A DNA stretch of 64,000 nt. Source: Octopus bimaculoides. Its lineage: Eukaryota. The notes beneath the pieces are model-generated. The model ran no database searches. It was given only the letters and a program-made list of their open reading frames with translations, and was not told where the DNA came from. Both the position numbers and the translations under genes were made by a program. Of this stretch, positions 40,101-53,139 are shown one piece after another. Positions within the stretch are counted from its first letter, which is position 1. Each line of letters begins with the position of its first letter. Location: assembly GCF_001194135.2 (NCBI RefSeq), contig NC_068992.1:34366108-34430107 (forward strand), read 5' to 3'.

Positions 40101-40260
40101 ATCTTTTCAAACCTGTCTTTTTGCTTTTGTAGCACTGTTAACCTCCTTACTCCATCACCATGTCACCCTTGGTCTAGATGGAACTCTGCATCAACCACAG
40201 ATTTCGTCTGTAGCCCATAGGAGGAATTCCAACTACATTTCATGGTTTGCTACCTCAACA
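37181..40260 (-). mobile_element. RTE LINE (linker, RT, PHD-like finger, 3' UTR, (GAT)n tail), degenerate
   Basis: ORFs 39537-39887 and 39288-39509 (QFCFVPGKST..IFLVRQLQEKY..LAFVDLEKAFDRVP); CSIC..CTQC..H..CGRC at 38938-39072; tail at 37181-37230. Confidence 0.9.
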
Positions 40261-40269
40261 GCTCCTTTA

Positions 40270-42060
40270 TAGGATCCAGTGGCTAAAGACATCATCAGGG
40301 GGAACCACATCTAGTTTTGGCCCCTATTCCTCTATCATTGTGGTGAGGTCCCCCTTTAGGTGTCTTCAGCTCTGGTGTTGAGCATGTTTTTTCTTTCTAC
40401 TTTTTTCTTTTGTATTTTTGGTTTCTTCGATGCAGCATCAACGAATGTCAGCAGGCGGCTGACCATCATGCCAAATTTCCCTTTATATACTCACCAGTAG
40501 GCTCCAGCAGACAGCATCAGTTGACTGTCACATGACACTGTCTAAGCTTCAACTGACTACTGGAGGGGAAGGGCGTGTACTTTTTGGTCACACCCTCTAA
40601 ATCTATCTTCCAACAGTGTCCTGTTAGTTTCTGTTCCAGTAGCTAGAGGCCACCAGCTGTTTGGTGGTACAAGCCTTCAAAACAGGAGGGTGCACTATGA
40701 ACGAGATCGCTACCTTCACCCACCTGTCAATCAGTGATGCTGCTTAAGTGTCAGAAAGCCTCAACTAGTGACACTATTTCCCAGTCATCATGTTATGCCT
40801 TTCAAGCCATTTTGGGTCTTCTCGCTTCAGCCACATATAGAAGCTGGCTTTTTTGACTGCCTTCTGCATCCTCCTTATTACTTTTCTCAGCTCTGAGCTT
40901 GAAAATGCAAACCTTCTTTTAAATAACATCATCATTTTCCTTTGAATGAAGCCTCTAGCCCCCACTGCCAGGGGGGAATACTCGACAATCCATCCCTGTT
41001 CTCCGCACTCTTCTCCTTCTGTTCCTCTGCATTAATGATGTTCTCTTCCCATGGCACTGTCAACTCTAGCAAAATTTCAATTTTCCGTTCTGTGTTCCAT
41101 AGGATTAAGTCCGGTCTTTTTGTTGTTTTTATGAGTGGAAATATTAACAGTCTTTCCAAATCTGTAGCCAGCTCCCAGAATCCATTCCATCTTTCCTTTG
41201 TCTCGTATATTTTATTTGAAGGCCTGGCCTTATGTCCTTTTCCCTTCTTCTGGAAGTATATTTTTCTTTGCTTTTCCACTTTTAGGTATTCTCTCCTTGA
41301 GTGTTGTGCTTATACCACCGAGGACTTGATTGTGCTGCCATGTATATCTGTCTTGTGCTAGCCTGCAGTTTGACAGAACATGTCTTACCATTGCTTTCTC
41401 TCCACACCTACATTCATCAGTTGTTTGTATGTTCCACCGGACTAAATTCACTAGTGAAGGTAAAACATTGAAGGTTGACTTGATCAGGAAGGATGTTCTT
41501 GCTTGTTCTCAAGCCCAAATCTCCTTCCATGTGATTCTGCAACTGACTACATATTCCTCCCACCTCAGGCACTGACCCTATTGACTACATTCTACCAAAT
41601 GTACATTTTGCCTTTCTTCTTCCTCCTTTCTCACTTCATGTACCACTGCCTCCTTCATCTCTTTTACACTTCTCATGCAAAATGGCTTGAAATTGTGCAA
41701 CCCTAGACCAGCTCTTGCTTCTTGCATTGCTCCGACTATATCGGCATACCCTAGCTTTCCAGTCAACCTGTTTACTTCCTCTTTCACTTTCCATTCCCTC
41801 CCTGTTCGTACCTTTGGAGGGTTTTTTCGGATGTTCTGATCTTTTGAATAGCTTAGCACCATTACTGTCCTTAACTTTCCTGCCTTATATTCTTTGGCGA
41901 TTGATGTTATCTGTAGTTGCAGCACGGGTTTTCCGTATCGTGCAGTTGTATTCAGTGGTTTTGGAAGACCAAGTCATTTTCTGATAAACACACTGCATCT
42001 TTGTTCCATCCTTTCTATTCTACTTGAGGCTATTGCGTACATCTGCAATGGCCACATTAT
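40270..42060 (-). mobile_element. HERO-like (R2-group) non-LTR retrotransposon C-terminal half with RLE endonuclease
   Basis: LQLQITSIAKEYK...VRTGREWK...GLG (41578-41925); CRC..HVLSNC..RYTWQHNQVL; RPDLILWN...LLELTVPWEEN (40932-41279), a PD-(D/E)xK-type RLE. Confidence 0.8.
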
Positions 42061-42062
42061 CC

Positions 42063-42200
42063 TTGAGGCAGCAAGCTGGCAGCATTGTTAGCAGACCGGA
42101 CAAAATGTATTGTGGCATTTCAAATTCTGAATTCAAATTCTACCGAAGTCAACTTTGCCACTCGTCCTTTCAGGGTTCATAAAATAAGTACCAGTTGAAT
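42063..42200 (+). mobile_element. tRNA-like SINE (second family), 5' part
   Basis: ggcagcaagctggcagc..gttagca....gagttcaaatt-like B box..gtcaactttgcc..ataagtaccag; related to 59310-59490. Confidence 0.55.
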
Positions 42201-42378
42201 GGCAGCCCAGTCAAGATGGTATTTTTTCTTCTCTTACTCTTGTTTTTTGCACACATCTACAAAATGACTTTCTAAAATGAAATTCCATTACGCAGCTGAG
42301 GAGTACATTTTCATTACACATTTTATGTAATGTTCTCACTACATGAATAAATGAAGTTTGTACGAAACGTACGTACTA

Positions 42379-42688
42379 CTATAACCTATTGAATTTTTGT
42401 TGCTTTTCTTCAAATTTTATTCACCAAATCTCTTGATTTTGTTTTTGGTTTTTACCCTACCAAATTCTGGTGCCTCAAACATTTTAAGTATCACATTTAA
42501 TCTTTTGATTAAATCTATATTATTATATATAAATTTATATATAATAATATAGATTTAATCAAAAGATTAAATGTGATACTTAAAATGTTTGAGGCACCAG
42601 AATTTGGTAGGGTAAAAACCAAAAACAAAATCAAGAGATTTGGTGAATAAAATTTGAAGAAAAGCAACAAAAATTCAATAGGTTATAG
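42379..42688. repeat. Perfect 310-bp zero-spacer palindrome abutting an assembly gap
   Basis: ctataacctattg... mirrors ...caataggttatag; centre AAA|TTT at 42533/42534. Confidence 0.9.
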
Positions 42689-42859
42689 NNNNNNNNNNNN
42701 NNNNNNNNNNNNNNNNNNNNNNNNNNNNNNNNNNNNNNNNNNNNNNNNNNNNNNNNNNNNNNNNNNNNNNNNNNNNNNNNNNNNNNNNNNNNNNNNNNNN
42801 NNNNNNNNNNNNNNNNNNNNNNNNNNNNNNNNNNNNTAATTCCTTTAGAGATAAAAATT

Positions 42860-43614
42860 ATAAACCTAATAATAGAAATAGCAAAGAAAAAAAACCTGGT
42901 TAATAATCCCATATGGGAAGCACGTTAAAACAAATATTATTAAAGAAATTCTAAATATAATCGAAATATTCATTAAAGACAATAAAAAATATGAAGACAT
43001 CTTCTATAGTATGAACTTAGGGGTTGGATACTCCACTACTAACAACGTTGGTAACATCATCTCATCTTTTAACAAGTTTAAATTGAACAAGTTCTAAAAT
43101 AATAAATCAAGCCACACTCCAAATAATAATAATAATAATAATAATAATAGGGACCAGAAAATAACTAACTGCGCATGCAGAGACAAAACTAAATGCAAAT
43201 TTAACAATAAATGTAATTTAGAGAATGTCGTATATCAATGTGTAGTTACTCCCAATGATTATAATAAGAATAGACACAGTTGAAACACGATTTACATTGG
43301 CTCAAACCTCTAATAAAATCAAATCCCGAGTGGCCCAACATATGCACTCTTTTAAGAATAGCAACTTAATTAATTCCACTGGCCTTAGCAAGTACATATG
43401 GGACCTTAAATCGAAAGGAATAGAATAGAATTTAAAATGGGAAATAGTTTGTAAGGCTTAATCTTACCGAACAGGCAGTAAATTCTGCTCCTTATGCACT
43501 AACGAGTTTATTGAGATACTATTCACTAATAACAAAAAATTAATAAACTCCCAAGATGAACGAAAAATTAAATGCAGATATAAACTCAACTTTTTATATA
43601 ATAAGTTTAGATAA
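42860..43614 (+). mobile_element. Penelope-like element (Naiad-like) C-terminus with GIY-YIG endonuclease
   Basis: NCACRDKTKC..NKCNLENVVYQCVV...TIYIG / KSRVAQHMHSF..NSTGLSKYIWDLK...KWEIV...GSKFCSLC..E; one frameshift and several stops. Confidence 0.85.
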
Positions 43615-44019
43615 TTATTCACACAACTCTATTGTAATATCTGCTTAGTTACGACCTCGTAATAGGGTATAAGTTCAGGTAGTGAGTTGCGATAGCCTTG
43701 TGTGTAATACTCTGCTAATAGATATACACTAACCTTAGTCTTTTTATACTTATTGTTATAAACCCTCAGCAGTAATTAGTCTTGCTAATACGTAGGTCTT
43801 GATTATGCGTGGTTCGAGATAATATTAACTTTCTACTTGGAGACGCTTTATAAGTCCACCGTAATACTACCTTCCTTCATTTTTAGTTATTGTATATTTT
43901 TCGTACCCTTAAATACTTTTATATTTTTGCTCCCATCACTTCTTTCACTATTTTTTCTTCTACTCTTTTACATAACAGCATAATATTGTTTGATTCCAGG
44001 TCTACGCACTTACCTTGTC

Positions 44020-46050
44020 ATCATTTCTTCTTAGTTTTTCTTCCCTGTCTTGAGTTCCTCTGTTATTTCCAGGAGGACTATGATGAATAAGAGGGGGCTG
44101 AGGACTGATCCTTGGTAGATCCCTACCCCTACCCGGAATTCTTCACAATACTCATTGCCAACCCTCACCTTACTGACAGCATCCCTGTACACTAACCACT
44201 CATTTATCCCTAGTTTCCACACTGACCACCAGATAAGGGATCGGAGAACCCTGTCAAAAGCTTTCTCCATGTCAATGAAAGCTAAGTACACAGGTTTATC
44301 TTTGGTGAGGTATTTCTCCTGCAGCTGTCTTACCAGAAATATAGCATCAGTGGTGCCTTTCCCTGCACAAACCCAGGCTGCATCTCGTCTAGACTAACTC
44401 TCTCTCTCTCTAATTAGTTGGGCTATGACCCTCTCTGTGACTTTCATTACCTGATCCAACAACTTGATACCTCTGTAATTATTTGTATCTAATGCATCAC
44501 CTTTACCTTTGTAGCAGTTGACTATGGTACTGCTACACCAGTCATTGGGTATCACTCCTTCGTGTATCACCTGATTGACTATATGGTTGACTAGACTAAA
44601 GCCGACACCGCCAGATATTTTAAGCATCTCTGTGGTGATTCCTGATGGGCTGGGAGCTTTCTCTGTCTTCATATCCTTAATTGCTTTATCTACCAATGTA
44701 CTGTTAATTCGGGAGCTGGTCCCCTCTGTTGGATCAACATTTGGCAGACTATCTTTCTCCCATTCATTCTCTTCATTTAGCAGCCTTTCATAGTGGCGTC
44801 TCCAAGCCTCTCTCTTTGTAGCCTCATTAAATGCAAGTGAATCATCATCCATGCAGACTCATTTCTCTCCTATGACATCACGATTCTCTCACACATACTG
44901 TCTTGCAACACGAAACACTTCAAGTCTTTAGTCCTCACAAAGCAGAACATTGGCAAATTTTTTTCTTATCTGCTTCCCCTCTGGCTCAGTAAACTTGTCT
45001 CCTAGCTTCACTTCTGGCAATCTGATACAGTTCCTTGTTCTTCCTGTCCTTCCATGCCTGATTCTTTTCCTTAATGGCCCTGTCGACTACATTGTTCCAC
45101 CACCACGTTACCTTGGGTCGAGAAGGGACTTGTCAGTAGCCCTCAACAGGTTCTCCTGTATGAACTTCCAGTTGTCTTCCACATTATGTGATGCTATATC
45201 GTCTTCTATTTCGTCAAAAGCTTCGAGTAATACGTTTCTAAATCTCTGTCCATTCACAGGATCCTTAAGCTGATTCTGAATTCATTAACTACTAATCTAT
45301 GTTGTGGGGTGCATTCTTCACCTGGGAAGGTTTGAGCATTTATAAATAGCCATCTTTCCACTTTCCTGGTGAGGAAGTAGTCAATCTGACTAGTGTGTCC
45401 ACCCTACAGGTAGGTGAACAGGTGACTGGCAAGTTCCCTGAAGTTAGTATTGCAAACCATAAGATCATTTGTATTGCAGAACTCCAGCAGCCTAGTTCCT
45501 CCCTCATTGCAGGAACCAAAACCATAGCTACCATGTACATCATCGAAGCCTCCTGCGTGTTGCCCAACATGCCCATTGAAGTCGACAGCCACAAAGAGAA
45601 GGTCCCTGTCGATGAGGTAGTCTGCAAGAGGGTATCATAAAATCTATCTTTCTGTTCATCAGGTAGTCCTGGCTGAGGAGCATAAGCCAAGATAATGGTT
45701 GCTAATCCACGTTGCAGCACTAATCTAAGCCTAAGTATTCTATCACAGACTTTGACTACCTCGATTAACTTATCAACCCATTTCTCTGCAAAAAGTATAC
45801 CCATGCCTCCAACCCCATCATTGTTCCCTACCCAGAAAATCTTATACCTATGTTCTTTGCTAGTGAGGAACCTAGCAGAACTTCTCCACTTTACCGCTTC
45901 GATGCAACACAAATCTAAATGTCTCAATTCAAGCATCTCAACAATCTCACCAGACCTATTTTTCAATGTGCCAACTATGAGGGTGTGGAAGGTGTGGGCC
46001 CACGAAACTCTGGGATGGGGGACGGCAGCATCATTTACTTGAAAAGAAAG
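44020..46050 (-). mobile_element. RTE LINE ORF: APE endonuclease to RT, internally deleted
   Basis: ORF 45340-46077 APE (VGTLK..SGEIVEML..LCCI..KW...GMGIL...IILAYAPQ), DFNGHVG, NNYRGIKLLD (44394-44852), EKAFDRV..GIYQGSVLSPLLF (44031-44291). Confidence 0.9.
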
Positions 46051-47257
46051 CTTGCATTTGGCAGAACTCATAAACATACATTAGCCTTCAACCTACATAC
46101 ACTACGCCATCATTTTATGCACTACATAACTACTACATTGCATAGGAGATAAACCCTATGTAGGTATGGGGGAGTATTAAGCCTTTGGTGGTGTTCAGAG
46201 GAAAGACATCTGATACAGATCAAAGGATAAAGACTTTCAGTACAGGTGGTGGGGGCAGGAAGGGCAGATGCACTGCAAAACAACAAACACTCTGGCTGCT
46301 GCTGTGAATGAATAGTAATAATAATAAAGAAATAGAATTGGGCATTTGCATTCTTAACTAGAGCTATAACCAACAGTTTTCAGTCAGCCAATCGGTGACA
46401 AAACTAGATGCATGAATGAATAAATAACAATAATGAGTGGGTAAGAGAAGAAGGGAGAAAGAGGGAGAGTTGTATTGAGCGTAAGGGATCTTGAGTTTTT
46501 TCTCTAAACATGGAAGATGAAAATGTGTTTACATAGACAGATAAAGAAATGGAATTGTGATGTAATTATAATCTGTGCTGTAAAAAAGGTTTTAGATGCG
46601 TGCTAGGTTGGAAAACAAAGTTGCTTATCTGAACATCTGATTTCTACCCCATGTGGCAAGATATTAAAAATTTGCGGTTGGGGAATCTGAATGAGCTAGT
46701 TTATATAGGGTGGGGTGGGGGAGTGGAAGTAAAGTGTTGGGAGAAGCAAGTGGTTAACGGAGCTGAGAGAGAGGGGGAGACAGAGAAGAAGAGAGAGAGA
46801 AACCAGAGTTAGGCTGGTTTGTAACTAATTTTTGTATTATTCTATTTATTGTACTAACTAATTATGTACTACTATTAATTTTCACAACCTACTTTCAAAT
46901 TTCTAATTTTTAATTAATACTTAAAAATATGAATTTTTCAAAGTGCAAAAAATATTTTGAGTTATTTTTTTATTTTTAATAAAAGTAACAAGTAATAACA
47001 AATAGAAGTAATAATTTGTAGTAAAATTTTTAGTTTTAACAAAAGCTGATATTTTCTAAATCTAAATATTTTATTAGAAATTTTATCCTTAGCTGCAATA
47101 TTTTAAATGAAAACTTTCCTGTTCTGTACTTTACCAAATGTAATAACTTGTCCTGGACTTTTCCAAGTGTAATAACTTTACAAGATTTATAATCTTAAGA
47201 ATATTATTTCTCTTGCTCGCATTTTCTATGTAATATATATATATGTGTGTATATATA

Positions 47258-47461
47258 CTTTATTAATAAAGCTGCAAAGACATCACAAAAGCTGTTACTC
47301 AGTTTCACATTCCCGTTCATCGAGCAGTTTTGGTTAGAGTTTCAAGTTCCTGTTCATCAGACAGTTTTTGCTGAGATTCTCAATCAAAACTGTCCAACAA
47401 ACGGGAATGTGAACCTCTGAAAAACAGTTTTTGTAATGTCTTTGCAGCTTTATTAATAAAG
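47258..47461. mobile_element. 204-bp palindromic element made of three hammerhead-like motifs
   Basis: Arms ctttattaataaagctgcaaagac.../...gtctttgcagctttattaataaag; HHR-like motifs at 47292-47327 (-), 47335-47364 (-) and 47390-47427 (+). Confidence 0.7.
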
Positions 47462-47535
47462 CATATTACTCTACCTCCAGTATTCGAGTACTATTTTATT
47501 CAACCTTATTTCATATTTATGTGCTTACTCTAGTA

Positions 47536-47615
<80 letters not shown>

Positions 47616-47934
47616 TATGCATGTCTGTGTGTATATGTATACACACACACACGCATGCACACAAGACTATACGTATGTATGTAATTATGTCCTTATATTT
47701 ATCCAAGCATTTCTCAGAGAACTGAAGAAAGACTTATAGCCCTTATATCCAGGCTTTAGCTTTTTCTATTATCATAAGTGCACTGGTTTAAGTAACAATT
47801 GGTTTGCATAGAAACTTACAAATATCTGGGTTCTCCAAAAAAGAACATAGTAAAATGATTCTCATTTTCCAGATACAATTGATCAAAAGAATAGATCCCT
47901 AAATGAACATATAAATACTTCATATATGTATATA

Positions 47935-50410
47935 TCATCATCATAATCATTTAATATCCATCTTCCATGCTGGCATGGGGTTGGACAGTTTGACTGGAGC
48001 TGGTAAACCAGATGACCTTGCCAGACACCACTGTCTGTTTTGGCATGATTTTCGCAGCTGGATGTCCTTCCTAACACCAACCATTTACAGAGTCAACCAG
48101 GTGCTTTTTACACACATCAGTGAGGTCTGCTTTGGCATGGTTTTTGTAGCTGGATGCCCTTCCAAATACCAACCACTTCACAGAGTGGACCGGATGCTTT
48201 GTATGTGGCACCTGCATCAGTGAGGTCAGCAAATAACTTGCAAGACAAATATTCTTTGAGTGTTGGGTAGTGATATTCATATGCATCACATATTAAAACC
48301 AATGTAATTTTCTCTCTTGCCTGCTGTATTTGATTCCTCCTATGCCCAACTTTTCTCTCAGCACATTTGCATTTTATTGTACCAGCACACTGATGTTGCA
48401 CAACCATTGGAGCATGCTAGCTTCGTTCCTCTCTAGCTTATGCATGTCTTCTGGATTCAGGACCCATGTCTCACTTCCATAGAGCATAGCCATTTATACA
48501 CAAGCATCATACACTCTGAGAGAGAGTCTTTTTGTTATCAACAAAGGTAACAGCTCTCTGAACTTCCTCCATCCTATTCTTAATCTAGCAACAACACTTT
48601 TAGAACATCCTCCACCATTGCTAATTTGGTCACTTAAGTAAAAGAATCTACAACCTCAAAAGAGCTTCCTGGGCATTTGAGAGAGTCAAATTCCCAAGTG
48701 TCCTAAGTGCTTATTGTTCCTGTGCATCTGCCTTATACAAAGACAACTTTCTCTCTTAACCTGTATGTGATTCCTCTGCACCTGTTATGTGCAATAAATG
48801 GAATGGGTGCAACAAATGGAATTGCTTCCAACTCTTTTCTACATAGAGTAAGGTCATATACTTGTCAGAAAAACAGTCTTATTTACTTTCTTGCTAACAA
48901 CAACTTAGGTCTTTGCTAGATTAATTAACTTTAAGGCTCTTTGATTCCTAATTTTGCTTCCATACCTGGAAATTCTTCTCCAATTCCTCTACAGATTTTT
49001 CTATTAGAGCAAGGTCATTGGCATATAGCAGTTCTCATGGATAGTCAGTTTTAAATTCCTCTGTTATGGCATTGGAGGACTATGATGAACTGACCCCTGA
49101 TGAACCCTTACTTCCACACTAAATTTGTGACTGTAATCCATGGCCAGCTTTTACTCTACCTTATATAATTTATTCAGCTCTAATAAGCCAATGATCTACT
49201 CCTAACTTCCTTAGAGACCACCAGATAATAGAGTGGGGGACTCTTTCAAAAGCTTTCTCTGATGTGATGAAAGCTAAGTACAATGGTTTACTTTTGATCA
49301 GAATGTTTCTCCTGCAGCTGTTTCACTAGGAAGATGGCATTTGTGGCACTCTTCCCAGAGACAAAACCAAAGAGAAGTTCATCTATTTTAATTCTATTCC
49401 TAATCAATTGAAATATAACTCACTGTAATTTTCATAATCCGGTCTAGTAGTTTGATACCTCTATACATGTTACTAGCTAAGGCATCACCTTTACTCTTAT
49501 AGCAGTTAACTATAACGCTACTGCACTAGTCAGTGGGGATGACACTTTCCTGGATAACCTGATTAACTATAGAAGTGACTGTATTCTACTCCGACAGATA
49601 TTTTAAAAATCTCAGCAGTGATTCCTGATAGTCCAGGAGCTTTCTCTGTCTTCATATCTTTAATTGCCTTATATATCATACTGCTTTCAACTTTGATGGC
49701 TGATCCCTTAGTTGATTCAGTATTTGAAAGACTCTGCATTTCTCATACTTAGCAACCATGCATCTTTCTTCTCTGAATCACTACGTACAAGTATAGCATT
49801 ATTAGTTTGCAAACATTTCTCACCTGCCACATCTTTATTCTCTCTGATACACTACTTTGCAATCTAGAACACCTCACATCTCTGATCCACACACTGTAAA
49901 ACAATAGAAAACCTATTTCAGCTTTTTCTTTCACAATGTAAATCTCTCATTTAGCTTCTCTTCAAGTCACCTGATAAAATTCTCTCCTACCACCATTTTC
50001 CAAGTCTTTCTAGGCTTATCTCTTTGTTTTTATATTATGGTCTACCTCCTTGTTCCACCACCACCACCGAGTTGGGATTTTGCACCAGCCACAGATTTGA
50101 TTTGTAGCCTTCAGTAAGTTGTTCCACAGGAACTTCCAATTGTCCTCTAAGTGATACATCTCCAACTCCTCTTCATCAAAAGCTTCCATCACAATCTCTC
50201 TAAATTTCTATTGGTTTGCTGGGTCTTTGAGCTTCTATAACCTCCTTTTCTAGACTGGTTTATTTCTCCAAGTCCTTCTAACTTTAATTCTGAAGTCACT
50301 AACTAGTGAGGCTGTAATTAATCTGACCTTTGATGGGTGATCAGGTAGTAGGCTGATTTCCTGAAATTAGTGTTGCAAATCATCAGATCATTTGCATCCT
50401 AGAACTCCAA
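47935..50410 (-). mobile_element. RTE LINE, heavily degenerate, with 3' tail
   Basis: Colinear similarity to 37181-40260 (aaagctttctc...aaagctaagta; cctgattaactat); 3' tail at 47935-48240. Confidence 0.8.
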
Positions 50411-50507
50411 CAGCCTCGTTACACACACACACACACACAAACAAACAAATGCACACACACATATGCATTTATGTGTATATATACATATACATGTGTGTGT
50501 GTGTATG

Positions 50508-50550
<43 letters not shown>

Positions 50551-51930
50551 ATATATATGTGTGTGTGTATGTATTTATGGTTGGACACTGATGAGGTGAA
50601 AAATCACAATTCCATAATTTTTCTATTATTGTTATGTAATTATTTCAGCATTTTGCTAAAATAAACACACATAAACAGTAATTAAACATAACACACTTGC
50701 ATCCTTTTGTCAGATGCACGTTCACAAAGGCAAACTTATCCACATGCACACAAACATGCAAAAGCCTTGCCAGGTTGTTAGTAACTGACTTGGATTCTGC
50801 AAAGGTAAAATCCTTAAAATAATCCCTAAGAAACATAAATGATGGAGTGTAGTATAAGTGCTGTTTGTAAAACTGCACTCACTAAATGTTGGTGAACAAA
50901 AGGCTTCAGTAAAGGCACTTACTCAATGTGTCATATAGTGGGATTGAACATGAAATCACAAGACTGCTAAGTAATGTTCTTATCTGCATCATTGTTCCTA
51001 TATCTATATGCATATCTTTGACTCGTAAGTACAACTTCTCCTTGAATTACAAGTGAGTTCCATTCTGACTGATAGGTTGTAAGTCGACCTGGTCACATGT
51101 CAGATTTATATTTTTCAGCACTATTTTCATTCAAACATAACTGATGCTTAAAAGTGATTGAGAGAGAGAAAGTGGCAGGCAGTGGATGCCTGGGTCTCAG
51201 GGAGGCCTGCATTGTCAGATGCTGCCATAGTTATCATATGCGCAGCTGCCCAATGTCCAAAAGTCAATTTATTTATTTATTTTTTGTAGTCGGAAGTACA
51301 GATGGTTGTAAGGTGCATAGGTCATAAGTCAAGGAAAAGTGTATGTGTTTTTTAAACAGTTTTACACCTACTCATACACTGTGATGTATCATATTTACTT
51401 AGTGATTCACTTATCCCTTTTTCAGCAAATGCAATATTGCTTGTATTTCCCTGATGAAGTCTAATAAAACTGAAATAAATCTGGAGGTGTTTCTTGAATT
51501 TGCCAGAATAATGGAAAATCTGTTAGTAATTAACTAATATAACATTTTACTCCTTACATATTTATTTATAATTACCATATTTAATGCTTATTGCAATAAA
51601 TGTGATAACTCTTGTTTCATGTGGATGACATCTCTGACTAATTTCTCTCAGAAATTCATTGTCTAAAATTTTACAGCAACTCAGCAACTGTATGCTCCCA
51701 CAACTGTATATATGTAATACTGCTGTTTGTCTCCAACTATTGTACATGTGGTGTACTGCACAATGCTTGTATTTAACATGTAGACTCCCATTGTAAAACA
51801 AATTACTGAATTGTTAATCATGAAAATTTGATAATTATAGCACTCAAATACTTACATACACACATACACTCATTTATAGAAATGTAGCACACTCACACAT
51901 GTGGGCATACACACAGGCATAGGCATATAA

Positions 51931-51973
<43 letters not shown>

Positions 51974-52367
51974 CATATAAGAACATATACATATTCACAA
52001 AGCTTTAGAAATGCTGCCGTTCTTTACAGCCTTTTAAAATATACCAACTATACTTGTCAAGTAAAATGCCTTCTAGTGTAGCTGTTCAGGATATAATAGG
52101 TTTTCACTGTGTCTAAACCCAATTTATATTTGACTGTCAGCTAAAATATATGACCAAACTAAAAATACATAAAAATACATAGTAAAAAAAATCCTGAGTT
52201 AGTTCGTTTGGTCCACAATCATAGCAAATGATTTATGGTTTTCCAATATGGCAGGAACCATGAAGCCATACTTGCATGCTTCAAACTTTTCTGTCTCTTC
52301 TGCATATGTTCAGGAAGCAAGATAAATATAAACAAATACAACAGTATACAGGGCTAGGAGACATTTC

Positions 52368-52370
<3 letters not shown>

Positions 52371-52453
<83 letters not shown>

Positions 52454-52464
52454 ATGTATGTATG

Positions 52465-52500
<36 letters not shown>

Positions 52501-52535
52501 TGTATGTATGTATGTATATATATGTATGTATGTAT

Positions 52536-52569
<34 letters not shown>

Positions 52570-52610
52570 TAATGTGTGTATGTATGTGTGTGTATATATA
52601 TATATATATG
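52371..52610. repeat. Compound (TA)n/(TATG)n microsatellite
   Basis: Direct inspection. Confidence 0.95.
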
Positions 52611-53139
52611 TATGTACCTATATATTTAAGCCAATATGCTTCTAGACTTTTCTTCCCACAACTGTCACTGTGTGACAAAGAAAAACTCTATAGTATGAGC
52701 TCCTGTTTTTGTTTTTCTTTGTTAATTAGGCTAGGTGCCTAGCAATATTCTTAACACTGAGAAAAAGAACATGTGATGTCCATGCCTTTCCTAAGAACAT
52801 TAGCAACATAAGTCACTAAAGCAGATAATATATATATAAAGAAAATTCTCTTTATAAATTACTTAAATAATAAGTAAAATATTTCACGATAGACAGTATT
52901 GCTAAAAGTTGTGTTGCACTGAACATCTATGAATACAAAAATATTGGCTAATTCAGTTATAAATGGAGCAAAGTTAAGTTGTAGGTGGAGAAATATTTTG
53001 CTGTAGATCTATTTTTTTAATATATATTTGTGTTTTAAGAAAATAATCGATTATTTATCAGAATTGTAAATGAATTGATGGTAATAATAGACAGCAGAAT
53101 TGGTAAAGCATCAGACAAAATGTATAACAGTTTTCAGCA

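Noticed and set aside
43281-43283. In-frame TGA in the Naiad-like GIY-YIG region (selenocysteine, as reported for some Naiads)
   Set aside because: The copy also has TAG/TAA stops and a frameshift, the TGA is in a variable linker, and I saw no SECIS.
43636-43680. Hairpin downstream of the PLE ORF, where a hammerhead might be expected
   Set aside because: It lacks both the CUGANGA and GAAA core motifs.
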